DNA of 64,000 bases. Source: Blastocatellia bacterium (GTDB lineage Bacteria > Acidobacteriota > Blastocatellia > UBA7656). Shown here piece by piece: positions 1 through 9,827 of the stretch. The stretch spans positions 38,619-102,618 of the forward strand of contig DATFXM010000030.1 in NCBI GenBank assembly GCA_035315885.1, given 5' to 3'. A program made the position numbers and the translations under genes. The notes beneath the pieces are model-generated. The model made no database searches. It saw only the letters and a program-made list of their open reading frames with translations, and had not been told where the DNA came from. The number at the start of each line of letters is the position of its first letter. The first letter of the stretch is position 1.

Positions 1-870
1 AATCGAATGGTTCAATACCGGCAGGGCAATCTGAAGGCTTGAGGGTCGGACAGCACGGCGCGAAGTCAGCGCCTTGATGGTGATCAAGCCGACGGCGATC
101 AGGAAAGCAAGGGAGCCCGGCACCCACATGATTGCTCCTGCTGCGATCTGGTCTGCTAGCGCTGAAGTCCCGGAGAATCGCGGAGCGGCGGCGTAGGTCG
201 GGTAAACCACTCGATCGCAGAAGATGAGGTATGCCGACAGGCCAGTGTTTTGAAAATCGGCGAGAAACAAATAAGGAATCATCGCCCAACGAGGCCATTG
301 GGGGCGGCTCGGCCAGGGTTGGATCACCGGCCACCAGAATAAGAGGCCTGTTCCGAGAAAGAAGACGTGCTCCGCAGCGTGGAGTGGCTGTGAATGCAAA
401 GCCAGCTCATACATCGGTGGCAAATGCCAGACTATGGTTGTCGCCACGAACGCAACCCAGCAGACGATGGGATGCGTCAGTCTGCGGCCAAGGCTCGCAA
501 GCGCCTTCCACGACATGAAAGGACCCAGCCCGTGTTTGGCTACGGCCGCCGGCAGTCCGCGCAACAGTGGCAACAGGGGGTTGGCCAACAGTAGAAGCGG
601 GGGCGCAACCATCATCAGCAGCAAGTGCTGAATCATATGGGCGGTGAGCAAGAGATTCGCGAATGCATCAAGCGGCGAACAGACTGCTAAGAAGATGCTT
701 GCGAGACCCGCGAGGAAAGCCGCCGGTTGCGCGGCGCTGTAGCGTTCGGGCATCTGTCGATGCAGGCTTAGAAAGCCGCGCAGGTAAATCACCGCACTCA
801 GCGCCAGAATGAATAGTAGCGCCGGATCCAGCATCCAGGACTTTATTGCAGCCTCGACAACCGGATTCAT
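1..870 (-). CDS. Polytopic membrane protein, CtaG/CopD-like cytochrome c oxidase assembly factor. 5'-partial: the ORF runs off the window start, with ATG at 870.
   Basis: Manual reverse-strand translation from 870 gives MNPVVEAAIKSWMLDPALLFILALSAVIYLRGFLSLHRQMPERY...HMIQHLLLMMVAPPLL and stays open to position 1. The gene is absent from the ORF track because it has no stop in the window. It shows multiple TM helices and His-rich motifs like the Caa3_CtaG/CopD family. It sits directly downstream of ctaB in the oxidase operon. Confidence 0.45.
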   Translation of the reverse strand, partial: MNPVVEAAIKSWMLDPALLFILALSAVIYLRGFLSLHRQMPERYSAAQPAAFLAGLASIFLAVCSPLDAFANLLLTAHMIQHLLLMMVAPPLLLLANPLLPLLRGLPAAVAKHGLGPFMSWKALASLGRRLTHPIVCWVAFVATTIVWHLPPMYELALHSQPLHAAEHVFFLGTGLLFWWPVIQPWPSRPQWPRWAMIPYLFLADFQNTGLSAYLIFCDRVVYPTYAAAPRFSGTSALADQIAAGAIMWVPGSLAFLIAVGLITIKALTSRRAVRPSSLQIALPVLNHSI

Positions 871-901
871 TGAGTGATCCTTATCGTCTTCACTCCGTCA
901 C

Positions 902-1918
902 CTACACATAGAGCTGGGCTGTCTTATCCAGCACCATCACCAGAAAGAGTAAAGGGAGATAAATTACCGTTGCATGGAGCAGTTCTTTTGCGGAAACCGT
1001 TGTTCGAAGCGATGCGGCACGATGGACCGCTATGAGAAGTCCCACCCCCAGCAGGGAAGCCGCCAACACGTAAACGCTTCCCGCCATTCCCATCACCGCC
1101 GGGAAGAGACTCAATACGATCATCGCGGCTGACATTATCCAGACGCGACGAAAAGCAACGACGCCATCGCTGTCGTCCTGCGGAATCATCAACATTCGCG
1201 CGCGCGCGTAGTCGTCGCGGTACATCCAGCCGATTGCGAGAAAGTGTGGAAACTGCCAGAAGAAAAGGATGGCGTAGAGTATCCAGGCGCCAGGCGTAAG
1301 ATCGCCGCGCACAGCAGTCCATCCCATGAGAATGGGGGCGGCTCCTGGAAAAGCACCGACCAGCGTGCAGAGATCGGTCCGGCGCTTGAGCGGCGTGTAG
1401 ATCAGCAGGTAGGCGAGCAGTGCCGCGAGCCCCACGATGCCGGTCAGCAGGTTGCAGCTCACAGCCAGATAGATTGTTCCGGCGACTGACAGAACGATAC
1501 CAAAACGGAGAACCGCCTGCGGTGTGAGGCGTCCGGCGGGCAACGGCCGATTAGCCGTGCGGCGCATCTTACCGTCATACGCGCGCTCGGCGTAGTGATT
1601 GAGCGCCGCGGTTCCTCCAGCGACAAGGGCAGTCCCTAACAGCGCGTTGAAAAGGATCCTCACATCGATCGATGGAGAAGCCAACAAGCAGCCGGCGCCA
1701 GTCACAATGAGAACCAACAGCAAGACTTCGGGCTTGGTGAGGCTGACGAAATCCATCAGCCGGGCAGGCAGGGGGAGACGTGCAGCGTCAAGCCTGTTGG
1801 TTTGGGTCCCGAGCCTCTGGCCATCAAGCCTCACCAAGCCCGAATGATCATTCCTTTCGTCGGTGACGCTATATCTCTCAATTCTGTTTGTGTCTGGCAT
1901 CATAACCACGCTTTCCAC
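902..1918 (-). CDS. ctaB: Protoheme IX farnesyltransferase (heme O synthase), UbiA prenyltransferase family
   Basis: 338-aa polytopic membrane protein with the UbiA-family Asp-rich region (...YYAERAYDGKMRRTANRPLPAGRL...). Located in the heme-copper oxidase operon. Confidence 0.8.
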   Translation of the reverse strand: MESVVMMPDTNRIERYSVTDERNDHSGLVRLDGQRLGTQTNRLDAARLPLPARLMDFVSLTKPEVLLLVLIVTGAGCLLASPSIDVRILFNALLGTALVAGGTAALNHYAERAYDGKMRRTANRPLPAGRLTPQAVLRFGIVLSVAGTIYLAVSCNLLTGIVGLAALLAYLLIYTPLKRRTDLCTLVGAFPGAAPILMGWTAVRGDLTPGAWILYAILFFWQFPHFLAIGWMYRDDYARARMLMIPQDDSDGVVAFRRVWIMSAAMIVLSLFPAVMGMAGSVYVLAASLLGVGLLIAVHRAASLRTTVSAKELLHATVIYLPLLFLVMVLDKTAQLYV

Positions 1919-1953
1919 CTTCGTTCGCCATACAAGGCGACGTGACTTTGGTC

Positions 1954-3468
1954 TTACGGCTCGGAGGAGCGTGCGGATTGCGAGGACTGCTTCTCGACCC
2001 GCCCAGGCGTCCCCGGTGTAGTCGCATCACGCGCGGGAGCTTCATTCGGTCCGTGGAGGGTTTTCATGAACTCGACCAGAGCGGCCACCTCCGCCGGGCT
2101 CAAGTTCTTGCCGTACGCCGGCATGTTGCCGCCGCCCTGGATCACTTGTCTGATTAGCTGATCGCCGGTCAGCCGGGTCGCGACGCCATCAAGCGCGGGC
2201 CCGCGCAGCCCGCCGCTGCCGTCGAGGCTATGACAGTTACGGCACTGCTTGTTCTGCAGCACGAGCGCGCCTTGCGCTTCGAGCGGTGTGCGCCCCATAA
2301 CATATTTCACAGGCGTCTGGTCAGCGCTCCATGACGCCATGTGTGGCGACCATGGCGAATAGGTGCCCAGGTAATTCAGCGTACCGACACTCAAGAAGAT
2401 GAGCAGTACGGCGAGCACCGCCACGGGTCTGCGGCGGGCGCTCTTTTCTCCGGTTCCGGAGATGAAGGGGAGCGTAAAGAGCACCCCTAACAGGATCACT
2501 GGCACGGTGAGAATCAGAGTGGTTTCGAGATAGTCGGGCAACAGGGCCAGCACCGCGTATAGCCAGAGAAAGAAGAAATCAGGCTTCGGTATGGTGTTTA
2601 TCTGCGTGGGATCGGGAACGCCGTGCGGTCCTTCGGGTCCGAAGTAGAGCGCGCAGCCAACGATGCCAAGCATGACCACCCCGCTGAAGATGAGGTCTTT
2701 GCTGATCGCCTTCGGAACAAAAGGTACACCGTCTTTGTGCAGTAAATCTTCATACTCCTGTTCATATGTTGCTTTCACTACCGCTTTGCCGGGGACGGGG
2801 TACTCGTTTATTCCTTTTGTGAGAACCAGCCTCAAGTGCAGGCTTACGAGCGCGATGATAGTGCCCGGAATGATAAAGACGTGCAGCGTAAAGAAGCGCG
2901 ACAGAGTTTCGCCTGCAATGATCGGGCCGGCCAGCACAAAATGAACCAGATCCGGCCCGATGACTGGAACTCGTCCCATCATCGCCGCGCCGATGCCAAG
3001 TCCCCAGTAAGCGTCCTGATCAAAGCGCAGGACTTGTCCGGTGAAAGCCATGCCCAATGTACAAAGCAGCAGCACGACGCCGGTGATCCAGGTCATCTCG
3101 CGTGGATACTTGAAGGCGCCAAACAGAAAGACCTGCGCCATGTGCAAGATCATGATCGCGACCATGAAATTCGAACCCCAGTTGTGCATTGCGCGGAGGA
3201 GCCAGCCAAGCTGCTGGTGATAGTTCAGGTATTCGAGACTGGTATAAGCCTCGCTGGCGGAGGGGACGTAAACAAAAGCGAGGCAGGTGCCAGTGACAAT
3301 TTGAATGATGAAACAGAGGAGCGTGCCACTGCCTAAGACATAAAACCAACTTTCGGCATTTCGAGGCACCTGGTGCTTGGCGGTCGAAGCATAAAGCTTG
3401 CTGACATGCACCCGGTCTTCAATCCATAACGCTATCTTTCTCAGCATACAAACTCCATCCAGATTCAA
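1954..3468 (-). CDS. Cytochrome bc complex cytochrome b subunit with a C-terminal mono-haem cytochrome c domain
   Basis: 504 aa. N-terminal cytochrome b/b6 core with His ligands in TM helices (HNWGSNFMVAIMILHMAQ). C-terminal CRNCH haem c motif (...NKQCRNCHSLDGSGG...MPAYG...). Confidence 0.8.
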   Translation of the reverse strand: MNLDGVCMLRKIALWIEDRVHVSKLYASTAKHQVPRNAESWFYVLGSGTLLCFIIQIVTGTCLAFVYVPSASEAYTSLEYLNYHQQLGWLLRAMHNWGSNFMVAIMILHMAQVFLFGAFKYPREMTWITGVVLLLCTLGMAFTGQVLRFDQDAYWGLGIGAAMMGRVPVIGPDLVHFVLAGPIIAGETLSRFFTLHVFIIPGTIIALVSLHLRLVLTKGINEYPVPGKAVVKATYEQEYEDLLHKDGVPFVPKAISKDLIFSGVVMLGIVGCALYFGPEGPHGVPDPTQINTIPKPDFFFLWLYAVLALLPDYLETTLILTVPVILLGVLFTLPFISGTGEKSARRRPVAVLAVLLIFLSVGTLNYLGTYSPWSPHMASWSADQTPVKYVMGRTPLEAQGALVLQNKQCRNCHSLDGSGGLRGPALDGVATRLTGDQLIRQVIQGGGNMPAYGKNLSPAEVAALVEFMKTLHGPNEAPARDATTPGTPGRVEKQSSQSARSSEP

Positions 3469-3488
3469 TCTCGCCTTCGCTACCTCGC

Positions 3489-4022
3489 TTACACCGGCTG
3501 CGAGAGGGTCGGAAGCTGGCCGCCCTTAACGAAAAGCTGGCCGTCCTCGACTTTGAAGTCATACTCAAACAATCCGCGCGGCGGCGGTCCGGACGCATGC
3601 GATCCGTCTTCATAGAAGGCGCCGCCATGACACGGGCACATAAACAGGTGCGACTCTTGAAACCAGCGAACGGGGCAGCCGAGGTGCGTGCAGTTGATTG
3701 CGAAGACTTGAAATCTCTCTCCTTCGATTCGGCGCACCCAGCAAGGGATATCGCCCGTCGGCCCATCCCACGGTCGCGTGAAAGGATTGCGATACGTCGC
3801 CAGCCTCGTTTCACCGGCTGGAAACTTTTCCAACGCGCCGAGCGAGACCCACGAATTGGATGGTCCTTTGCGCCGGAAGCTCGAAAAGACAAAACCGACG
3901 ACCGGAATGCCTATGAACGTCGCTGCCACCACGTTGAGAGCGGCGCCAAGCTTCAACAGAAAACTCCGGCGAGAAGATCCGGCATTTGGTTGCGGACAAC
4001 ATTGCTGCTCATTAACAGGCAT
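3489..4022 (-). CDS. Rieske [2Fe-2S] iron-sulfur subunit of the bc complex
   Basis: Rieske boxes CTHLGC and CPCHGGAF are present. N-terminal TM anchor. Confidence 0.8.
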   Translation of the reverse strand: MPVNEQQCCPQPNAGSSRRSFLLKLGAALNVVAATFIGIPVVGFVFSSFRRKGPSNSWVSLGALEKFPAGETRLATYRNPFTRPWDGPTGDIPCWVRRIEGERFQVFAINCTHLGCPVRWFQESHLFMCPCHGGAFYEDGSHASGPPPRGLFEYDFKVEDGQLFVKGGQLPTLSQPV

Positions 4023-4044
4023 CTTGTGTTTCTCCTATCGTTCG

Positions 4045-4824
4045 TCAATCAACGGGCGATGTCGTCCTGTTTTCAGAGGCCGATCGATTGGCGGCTTGCG
4101 CCCGTTCGCGCGCGAGTGGGTTGGGCCGTTGCGCGGCCAGCCAGGCCACCACATCGGAGACCTCCTGCGCTGACATAGGGTGGCCGGGTGTGTTCTGGCG
4201 GCAGTCGGGTTTGCCCATATCCTGTCTGCCGACTATGACGGTGGTCCGCAACGATTGATCGCTGACCAGGGCCAGATAATTTGGATCGACGATTGACCCA
4301 AGCGCTTTGCCGCCCCGCCCATCCGCGCCATGACACTGACTGCAGTACACGCTGTAGACTGTTGCGCCTCGCTGAGGGTCACCAGCCCCGGTCCCCTTTG
4401 CACTTGCTTCTTGCTCGCTGTACGGCGGCAGCGTCGCGTCTTTGAATTCTTCGGGGTGTCCCCACCGCGATCTCATTTGCTCGGCGAGCAAATCGACCTG
4501 CGCGTCGGTGAGCTGGCCTCCGAACTTCTGCGCGAAGGGAGGCATGCTCGTAGAGGGCACCCCCTGGCGGATGACTTTGCTCAAGTTTTCCTGGCTGATC
4601 AGATTCAAGTAGAGCGGGTCATTCAACGGCCGTGCGGCACCCAACCGTCCGTCAGAACCGTGGCACCCCGCGCAATTCTGAGCGTAAAGCTGATCAAAGC
4701 TGGCGACTTCAGAAGGAGCTACCCACCGATCCGCTTGCGATGGTTTACCGGGCAAACGATTGCAGCCTGAGGCCCAGCAGAAGGCAAGAAGGAAGATAGC
4801 TCCGGTGTAGCGTTTTGCAGTCAT
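4045..4824 (-). CDS. Dihaem cytochrome c, predicted lipoprotein
   Basis: Two CxxCH motifs (CAGCHGSDG, CSQCHGADG). N-terminal signal with lipobox (...FCWASGC). Confidence 0.75.
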   Translation of the reverse strand: MTAKRYTGAIFLLAFCWASGCNRLPGKPSQADRWVAPSEVASFDQLYAQNCAGCHGSDGRLGAARPLNDPLYLNLISQENLSKVIRQGVPSTSMPPFAQKFGGQLTDAQVDLLAEQMRSRWGHPEEFKDATLPPYSEQEASAKGTGAGDPQRGATVYSVYCSQCHGADGRGGKALGSIVDPNYLALVSDQSLRTTVIVGRQDMGKPDCRQNTPGHPMSAQEVSDVVAWLAAQRPNPLARERAQAANRSASENRTTSPVD

Positions 4825-5678
4825 TACTCTTCGTCCTTTTCCTTAAGCAGTCCAGGAGTCTCGAGCCCCGCTCTCGCGGCAAGCGGCCAGGTCTGCATCG
4901 TCTCTACTGTCCTGGTGTGGTGGACCACGTAGCCGGTGGTCATGCCGAAGACGATCTGCGACGCGACGAACCACAGCCAGTCAATGCGGGAGTCCAGCAG
5001 TGGATTGACTACCCTGAGCGTCGCCCACACCAACGCCGTCCACATCAGCGGGGCCAGCAGGCTTCCCCAGAAGGCCGCACGTCTCGACGGCAACATTGGC
5101 AGCAACACCGCAAACAGAAGCCCGACAAGCATTGAGATCACGCCGTGGGAAAACAGTGCGACGATGAAAGCCACTCCGTGGAAGGCTTCCAATTGGGCCA
5201 CATCCGCTCGAGCCAGTGAAGGGATTACAGCAGCCGCAAGCAGATTGATCGGATACCAGATGCTGCCGTGAGAAATGAGGCCATATGTAGAGGCAACGAT
5301 CGCCATCGCAACTCCACCGACGACGGCTCCCTTCAATCCGGACGAATAGGGGTGAATCTCAGCCGGGATGCGCACCCGATGACTGGCCTGGCCCGCGGTG
5401 AGGTGAGAGACCGTGCGAGCAGAAGCTTTGACTGCCTGGGCGCGCTCGATTACCGCCCGCACGGTTGCGACCTCGTGATGCTCGACTGGCAAGTTTTCGC
5501 GGAACCAGCCGACTGCGCCGCGAAGAGCCAGGACAATCCCCACTACGCTTATGACGAGGTGCGTGACCAGGCCCGCCGCAAGTAACGTGATGCCCAAAGC
5601 AGTGATCATCGGCCAGGCCGTGGGCGCCGGTACTTCGATCACCTCGTGAAGCGAACTTCTTTCTTCTTCTGATCGCAT
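4824..5678 (-). CDS. Hypothetical polytopic (~8 TM) membrane protein inside the bc-caa3 operon. Start reassigned to the internal ATG at 5678.
   Basis: ORF 4824..5966 has an N-terminal ~95 aa that overlaps the upstream ORF and looks non-coding. The internal ATG (MRSEEERSS...) is preceded by GAGGA 7 nt upstream. Downstream protein is rich in TM helices. Confidence 0.5.
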   Translation of the reverse strand: MRSEEERSSLHEVIEVPAPTAWPMITALGITLLAAGLVTHLVISVVGIVLALRGAVGWFRENLPVEHHEVATVRAVIERAQAVKASARTVSHLTAGQASHRVRIPAEIHPYSSGLKGAVVGGVAMAIVASTYGLISHGSIWYPINLLAAAVIPSLARADVAQLEAFHGVAFIVALFSHGVISMLVGLLFAVLLPMLPSRRAAFWGSLLAPLMWTALVWATLRVVNPLLDSRIDWLWFVASQIVFGMTTGYVVHHTRTVETMQTWPLAARAGLETPGLLKEKDEE

Positions 5679-6238
5679 AAGAGTCCTCGATTTTTCGCGT
5701 GCCTGCGATCCGCAGTCTCCAGGTGCATGCTCAAGTCTGCTTGTAGAATCGTGTCCTTGGCGTGTATCAGACCGCACTGGTGGTACAGCCAGTCGAAGTC
5801 GGCCCAATACTGTGGCCCGGCATTCTCCGGCTTCTGCATTTCTCGGATGTAAGGTTCCAGTATTTGATAGCAACGCCGAATGCGTGGCTCCCAGCCCACG
5901 ATCAACGGCTCTATCGGAACAAGACCCGATTGCAGGACCGTTCCCGCGGTTGAGAAGCTTGAACACAACTTGGAAACCGCCAGCTGCTCATCCTCGGTCC
6001 ACTCAGTGAAGTGCTTCTTATGCAACGTTGTATACACGAGGTTAAGTGCGGCGCGTATATCATCCGATTCGATGAAGCTAAGGAGCGAGAGAATGTGCTG
6101 CACCACGGTGCTGCGACGCATTTCCTGCATCTGCGCGTTCATTACCAGGAGCTGCCGGTAGTTGATGAAAAGCGTGATCAGCAGACCTGCGGACCCGATC
6201 ATTTGGGTAACGATTTGTATTTTCAGAAGGGCGTTCAT
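5639..6238 (-). CDS. Hypothetical protein with a single N-terminal TM helix and a soluble domain. Inserted between oxidase subunit III and the bc genes.
   Basis: Start taken at internal ATG 6238 (MNALLKIQIVTQMIGSAGLLITLF...) to avoid a 70-nt overlap with coxIII. Local GC is lower than its neighbours. No recognisable motif. Confidence 0.4.
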   Translation of the reverse strand: MNALLKIQIVTQMIGSAGLLITLFINYRQLLVMNAQMQEMRRSTVVQHILSLLSFIESDDIRAALNLVYTTLHKKHFTEWTEDEQLAVSKLCSSFSTAGTVLQSGLVPIEPLIVGWEPRIRRCYQILEPYIREMQKPENAGPQYWADFDWLYHQCGLIHAKDTILQADLSMHLETADRRHAKNRGLLCDQKKKEVRFTR

Positions 6239-6276
6239 CGTTCTATCGCGTTGCTCAAGTCTCGTTTTGCCTCGCT

Positions 6277-6876
6277 TCAGCGGCCAATGACATAGACGAC
6301 GCTGAACACAACCACCCAAACTACGTCCACAAAATGCCAGTACCACGAAATCATCTGGATGCGCTCACCGTCTGCCGGCCTGATGCTTTTCCTGAGACTC
6401 AGGACCAGGACAAGGGTGAGAAGTATGAGTCCGACCACAACGTGGCTGGCGTGTAAGCCCACCAGCGAATAGAAAGTTGTGCCGAACAGGTTGGTGCTGA
6501 TCGTCAGGTGCTGGTTAACGATGAGCCGCTTCCACTCGGCAGCGGTTGACCCTAGAAAAATTGCTCCAAGCAGGACTGTTAATGCCCACCAGGCGCGGAA
6601 GCTCCCAATGCTTTCTCGGTGGAAGGCGCGCTCCGCCAACAGGATGGTCACGCTGCTCGAGAGCAGGCAGATTGTTGAGACAATCGGAGTCTCGAGCACG
6701 TCTGCCGGGTATGGGCCGATCAAGCTTTTGCCGACGTAAAACAGATACGCCACGACGAAGATCGTGAACATCGACGACTCGGTCACAAACAGACAGGTTA
6801 GGGCCACCTTGCGGCGCGACGGCAACGTCCATGCGCCGGATTCGTCAGGTAAGATCAAAGCATCAGCATTGGTCAT
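6277..6876 (-). CDS. ctaE: Cytochrome c oxidase subunit III
   Basis: 199 aa, 5 TM. C-terminal signature WHFVDVVWVVVFSVVYVIGR is typical of heme-copper oxidase subunit III. Confidence 0.8.
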   Translation of the reverse strand: MTNADALILPDESGAWTLPSRRKVALTCLFVTESSMFTIFVVAYLFYVGKSLIGPYPADVLETPIVSTICLLSSSVTILLAERAFHRESIGSFRAWWALTVLLGAIFLGSTAAEWKRLIVNQHLTISTNLFGTTFYSLVGLHASHVVVGLILLTLVLVLSLRKSIRPADGERIQMISWYWHFVDVVWVVVFSVVYVIGR

Positions 6877-6892
6877 TGGCTGGTTCTCCAGT

Positions 6893-8584
6893 TCACTCGT
6901 ACTTCCAGTCCGGGTCTTCAGGGTGTTTCAAGTCCCAGAGCGGCCGAGCACTACGTACTAGCGGCACTGTCTCGAAGTTGTACTCAGGTGGCGGAGAAGT
7001 CGTGGCCCATTCGAGCGTCCACGCATCCCACGGGTCATCCCCCGCCTGTTCTCCTTTGCGCAGAGACCTGAGAATATTCCAGGCCAGGCAAGCGATACCG
7101 GCGATTTGGAAGAGAACCCCGATTGAAGTGATCAGATTCAGTATCTCCCACCCGCGTCCAGGATCGTAGGTGTAGATGCGCCTGGGCATGCCCAGCAGGC
7201 CAGGTATGTGCATCGTGTCAAAAGTGAGATGGAAACCGATGAAGAAGAGGGCAACATGCCAGAGGCCGAGCGTCTTGTTCAACATTCGCCCGGTAGCCTT
7301 CGGGAACCAGTAGTAGATCCCACCAAAGATGCAAAACAACATACCGCCGATCAGCACATAGTGAAAATGCGCTACGACGAAATAGGAGTCGGTCAAATGC
7401 CAATCGAAGGGAACTGCCCCCAGCATGATTCCCGTCAGCCCTGCAATCAGGAATTGAAAGAGGAAGGCGATGCAACAGAGCATCGGCAGCTCAAAGCGGA
7501 TCTTGCCGCCGTACATCGTGCCAAGCCAGTTGAATATCTTGATCCCGGTGGGCACGCTAACGAGCATTGTGGAGACGGCAAAAAACGTATTACCAACAGA
7601 GGTCATGCCGACCGTGAACATGTGATGAGCCCAGACACTCATACTGACGAAGGCGATCATCGTCGTTGCCCCCACCATGGCCGGGTAGCCGAAGATCGGC
7701 TTGCGCGAAAAGACTGGGATGATTTCAGAGACGCAAGCGAATCCGGGAATCATGAGAACGTAGACCTCAGGGTGGCCGAAGATCCAAAAGAAGTGCTGCC
7801 ACAAGACCGCCGATCCTCCCGCCTGGGTATTGAAAAAGGTCGCGCCGAAGAAACGATCGAACAGCAACATGATCTGTGCGGCAGTAAGAGGCGGGATTAC
7901 TATAAACATCATCGCTGAGACGACCACCATCATCCATACGAACAGCGGCATGCGCATTAACGTCATGCCTTTGGTGCGCATGCTGAACGCGGTGGCGACT
8001 ACATTAACCCCAGAGGACAGGCTGCCAACGCCGCTCAGAAGCAGACTGAGCGTCCAGTAATCGGTGCTGTTCCCGCGCGAAAACGCCCGGCCGGTCAGTG
8101 GCGCGTAAGCGAACCAGCCTACGTCGGGAGCCGAACCATGGCCCGACAATCCTGGCGCGCCAAGGTAACTGAAGAACAGCAGTCCAGCGCCGAAGAGAAA
8201 CATCCAGAAGCCAAATGCGTTCAGCCGGGGAAACGCCATGTCGCGCGCACCGATCATCAGCGGCACAAGATAGTTCGCGAGACCCGCAACAATCGGCATC
8301 CCGACAAAGAAGACCATCGTGGTGCCATGCACGGTGAACAGGCGGTTAAACGTGTCGGGCGCGACAATGTTGTTGTTGGGGAACGCCAACTGTAAGCGGA
8401 TCACAGAAGCCATCAACCCGGCGACGACCAGGAAGACCAAGGCGCTGGCGATATACATAAGGCCAAGCTTCTTGTGATCGACGGTGACGACCAACGCATG
8501 CAGCCGTGTAACAATCGACGTCGATGGCAACGGGCCGGTCAGCGGGAATTCACTATTGGTGGCGACCATCAAGTCTTCTCCCAT
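6893..8584 (-). CDS. ctaD: Cytochrome c oxidase subunit I
   Basis: 563 aa, 12 TM. Contains the conserved His ligands and the signatures GHPEVYVLMIPGF and WAHHMF. Confidence 0.9.
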   Translation of the reverse strand: MGEDLMVATNSEFPLTGPLPSTSIVTRLHALVVTVDHKKLGLMYIASALVFLVVAGLMASVIRLQLAFPNNNIVAPDTFNRLFTVHGTTMVFFVGMPIVAGLANYLVPLMIGARDMAFPRLNAFGFWMFLFGAGLLFFSYLGAPGLSGHGSAPDVGWFAYAPLTGRAFSRGNSTDYWTLSLLLSGVGSLSSGVNVVATAFSMRTKGMTLMRMPLFVWMMVVVSAMMFIVIPPLTAAQIMLLFDRFFGATFFNTQAGGSAVLWQHFFWIFGHPEVYVLMIPGFACVSEIIPVFSRKPIFGYPAMVGATTMIAFVSMSVWAHHMFTVGMTSVGNTFFAVSTMLVSVPTGIKIFNWLGTMYGGKIRFELPMLCCIAFLFQFLIAGLTGIMLGAVPFDWHLTDSYFVVAHFHYVLIGGMLFCIFGGIYYWFPKATGRMLNKTLGLWHVALFFIGFHLTFDTMHIPGLLGMPRRIYTYDPGRGWEILNLITSIGVLFQIAGIACLAWNILRSLRKGEQAGDDPWDAWTLEWATTSPPPEYNFETVPLVRSARPLWDLKHPEDPDWKYE

Positions 8585-8586
8585 TT

Positions 8587-9651
8587 CTAAGTAAGGGTGA
8601 GAAGGTAGCGGACGAGTTGGTCTACCTCTTCGTCCGTGAGCTGCATATCAGGCATGTAGCAGCCTTCTTTTAGCCTCTGTGGATTGCGCACCCATGCACG
8701 CAGCTTTTCAGGCGTGTTCAACACCACGCCAGACCCAAGCGTTTCGCGGTTCATTAAATGAGTCAGATCGGGCCCGAACTTGCCGTTGGCTTCCGTGCCA
8801 TTGATCGTGTGACAGTTGACGCAAGAGGTGGAGAAGAAGAGGTCACGCCCGACCTTCACCTGGACGTCGTTGGCCGCTTGGCGTTTTTGCGCGGCCACCC
8901 ACTGTTCGAACTCGCCCGGTGGATGCACGATGACCCGGATCAGCATCCGGGCATGCTGTGTTCCGCAATACTCGGCGCAATTGCCCAGGTAAGTTCCCGG
9001 TGTCACCGGCTCTATCCACATGAGATTGTCACGGTTTGGAATGACGTCGGTTTTGCCGGCTAGCTGAGGAATCCAAAAGCTGTGCGCCACGTCGGCCGAT
9101 TCCAGCTTCATGAATGTCGGACGCGGCTGAGCCGCATCGCTAACCGGGACATGCAGTTCGTTCGCAGTCACTATGCCTAGTTCGGGATACCGGATCTCCC
9201 ACCACCACTGATGACCGACTATGGTGACTTGGACTGCTTTAGGCGGAGGAGGCGCGTCTTGAACTTCAGCTATGGTGCGTGCGGTCACCAGGGTGAGCAC
9301 AAAGACAATGATGAGCGGCAAGACCGTCCAGGCGAGCTCGATTTGGTTACTGCCATAGACCTGAGGTGGTTCGTGCGTGTCGTCGCCCTTGCGATGACGG
9401 AATCGTGCCACCGTATAAATGAGCAGGGCCATAACCGTGACAAAGATCACCCCGCAGATGGCTAGAACGAGCATCGTGTAGTTGAAGATCACTCTGGCCG
9501 GTGGGCCATCCGGTTTGAAGATGTTGGTCACGCTGTTTGCGCCATCGGCAAATGCAGGTACGACCATCAAGAAGGAGATGAAACATAAGATCAACGACCT
9601 GGTACACATCGCTCGCCACGAACGAATGGCAAATTGGATCTGCTGCTTCAC
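8587..9651 (-). CDS. ctaC: Cytochrome c oxidase subunit II, caa3-type (CuA domain fused to a C-terminal cytochrome c)
   Basis: CuA motif H...CAEYCGTQHARM and C-terminal CVNCH haem-binding motif. Signal peptide plus 2 TM. Confidence 0.85.
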   Translation of the reverse strand: MKQQIQFAIRSWRAMCTRSLILCFISFLMVVPAFADGANSVTNIFKPDGPPARVIFNYTMLVLAICGVIFVTVMALLIYTVARFRHRKGDDTHEPPQVYGSNQIELAWTVLPLIIVFVLTLVTARTIAEVQDAPPPPKAVQVTIVGHQWWWEIRYPELGIVTANELHVPVSDAAQPRPTFMKLESADVAHSFWIPQLAGKTDVIPNRDNLMWIEPVTPGTYLGNCAEYCGTQHARMLIRVIVHPPGEFEQWVAAQKRQAANDVQVKVGRDLFFSTSCVNCHTINGTEANGKFGPDLTHLMNRETLGSGVVLNTPEKLRAWVRNPQRLKEGCYMPDMQLTDEEVDQLVRYLLTLT

Positions 9652-9774
9652 TCGGAGCGCTCCTTTCCGGCTTGCTTCCGATTAATCGGACATCGACGAA
9701 CAGGTCGCGTCCTGCGGCCTTCGAACGAAGCTGAGGGCTCGCCGATGCTTCCCCTGGTCACACCACGTGCAAAC

Positions 9775-9807
9775 CTACTGCAAGGCTACTGCAACGCTAC
9801 TGCCACG
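9775..9807. repeat. Three tandem 11-nt direct repeats (CTACTGCAAGG / CTACTGCAACG / CTACTGCCACG) in the cox promoter region
   Basis: Read directly from the sequence. Lies ~125-155 nt upstream of the ctaC start codon on the opposite strand. Confidence 0.35.
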
Positions 9808-9827
9808 TTGACCGTGTGCTGATTGCT

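Noticed and set aside
231-631. Plus-strand ORFs 231..518, 394..594 and 434..631
   Set aside because: They lie antisense to a continuous minus-strand membrane-protein ORF (CtaG-like) that runs to the window edge. Their products are Arg/Gly/Ala-rich low-complexity translations typical of high-GC antisense frames.
7208-7918. 236-aa plus-strand ORF inside coxI, and similar long shadow ORFs (11501..12130, 15546..16325, 16327..16851, 12753..13499, 26931..27407)
   Set aside because: Each is fully embedded antisense in a confidently assigned gene (coxI, ndh, tolC, emrB, bEBP). The products are charged/low-complexity with no motifs. They are explained by GC-rich codon bias.
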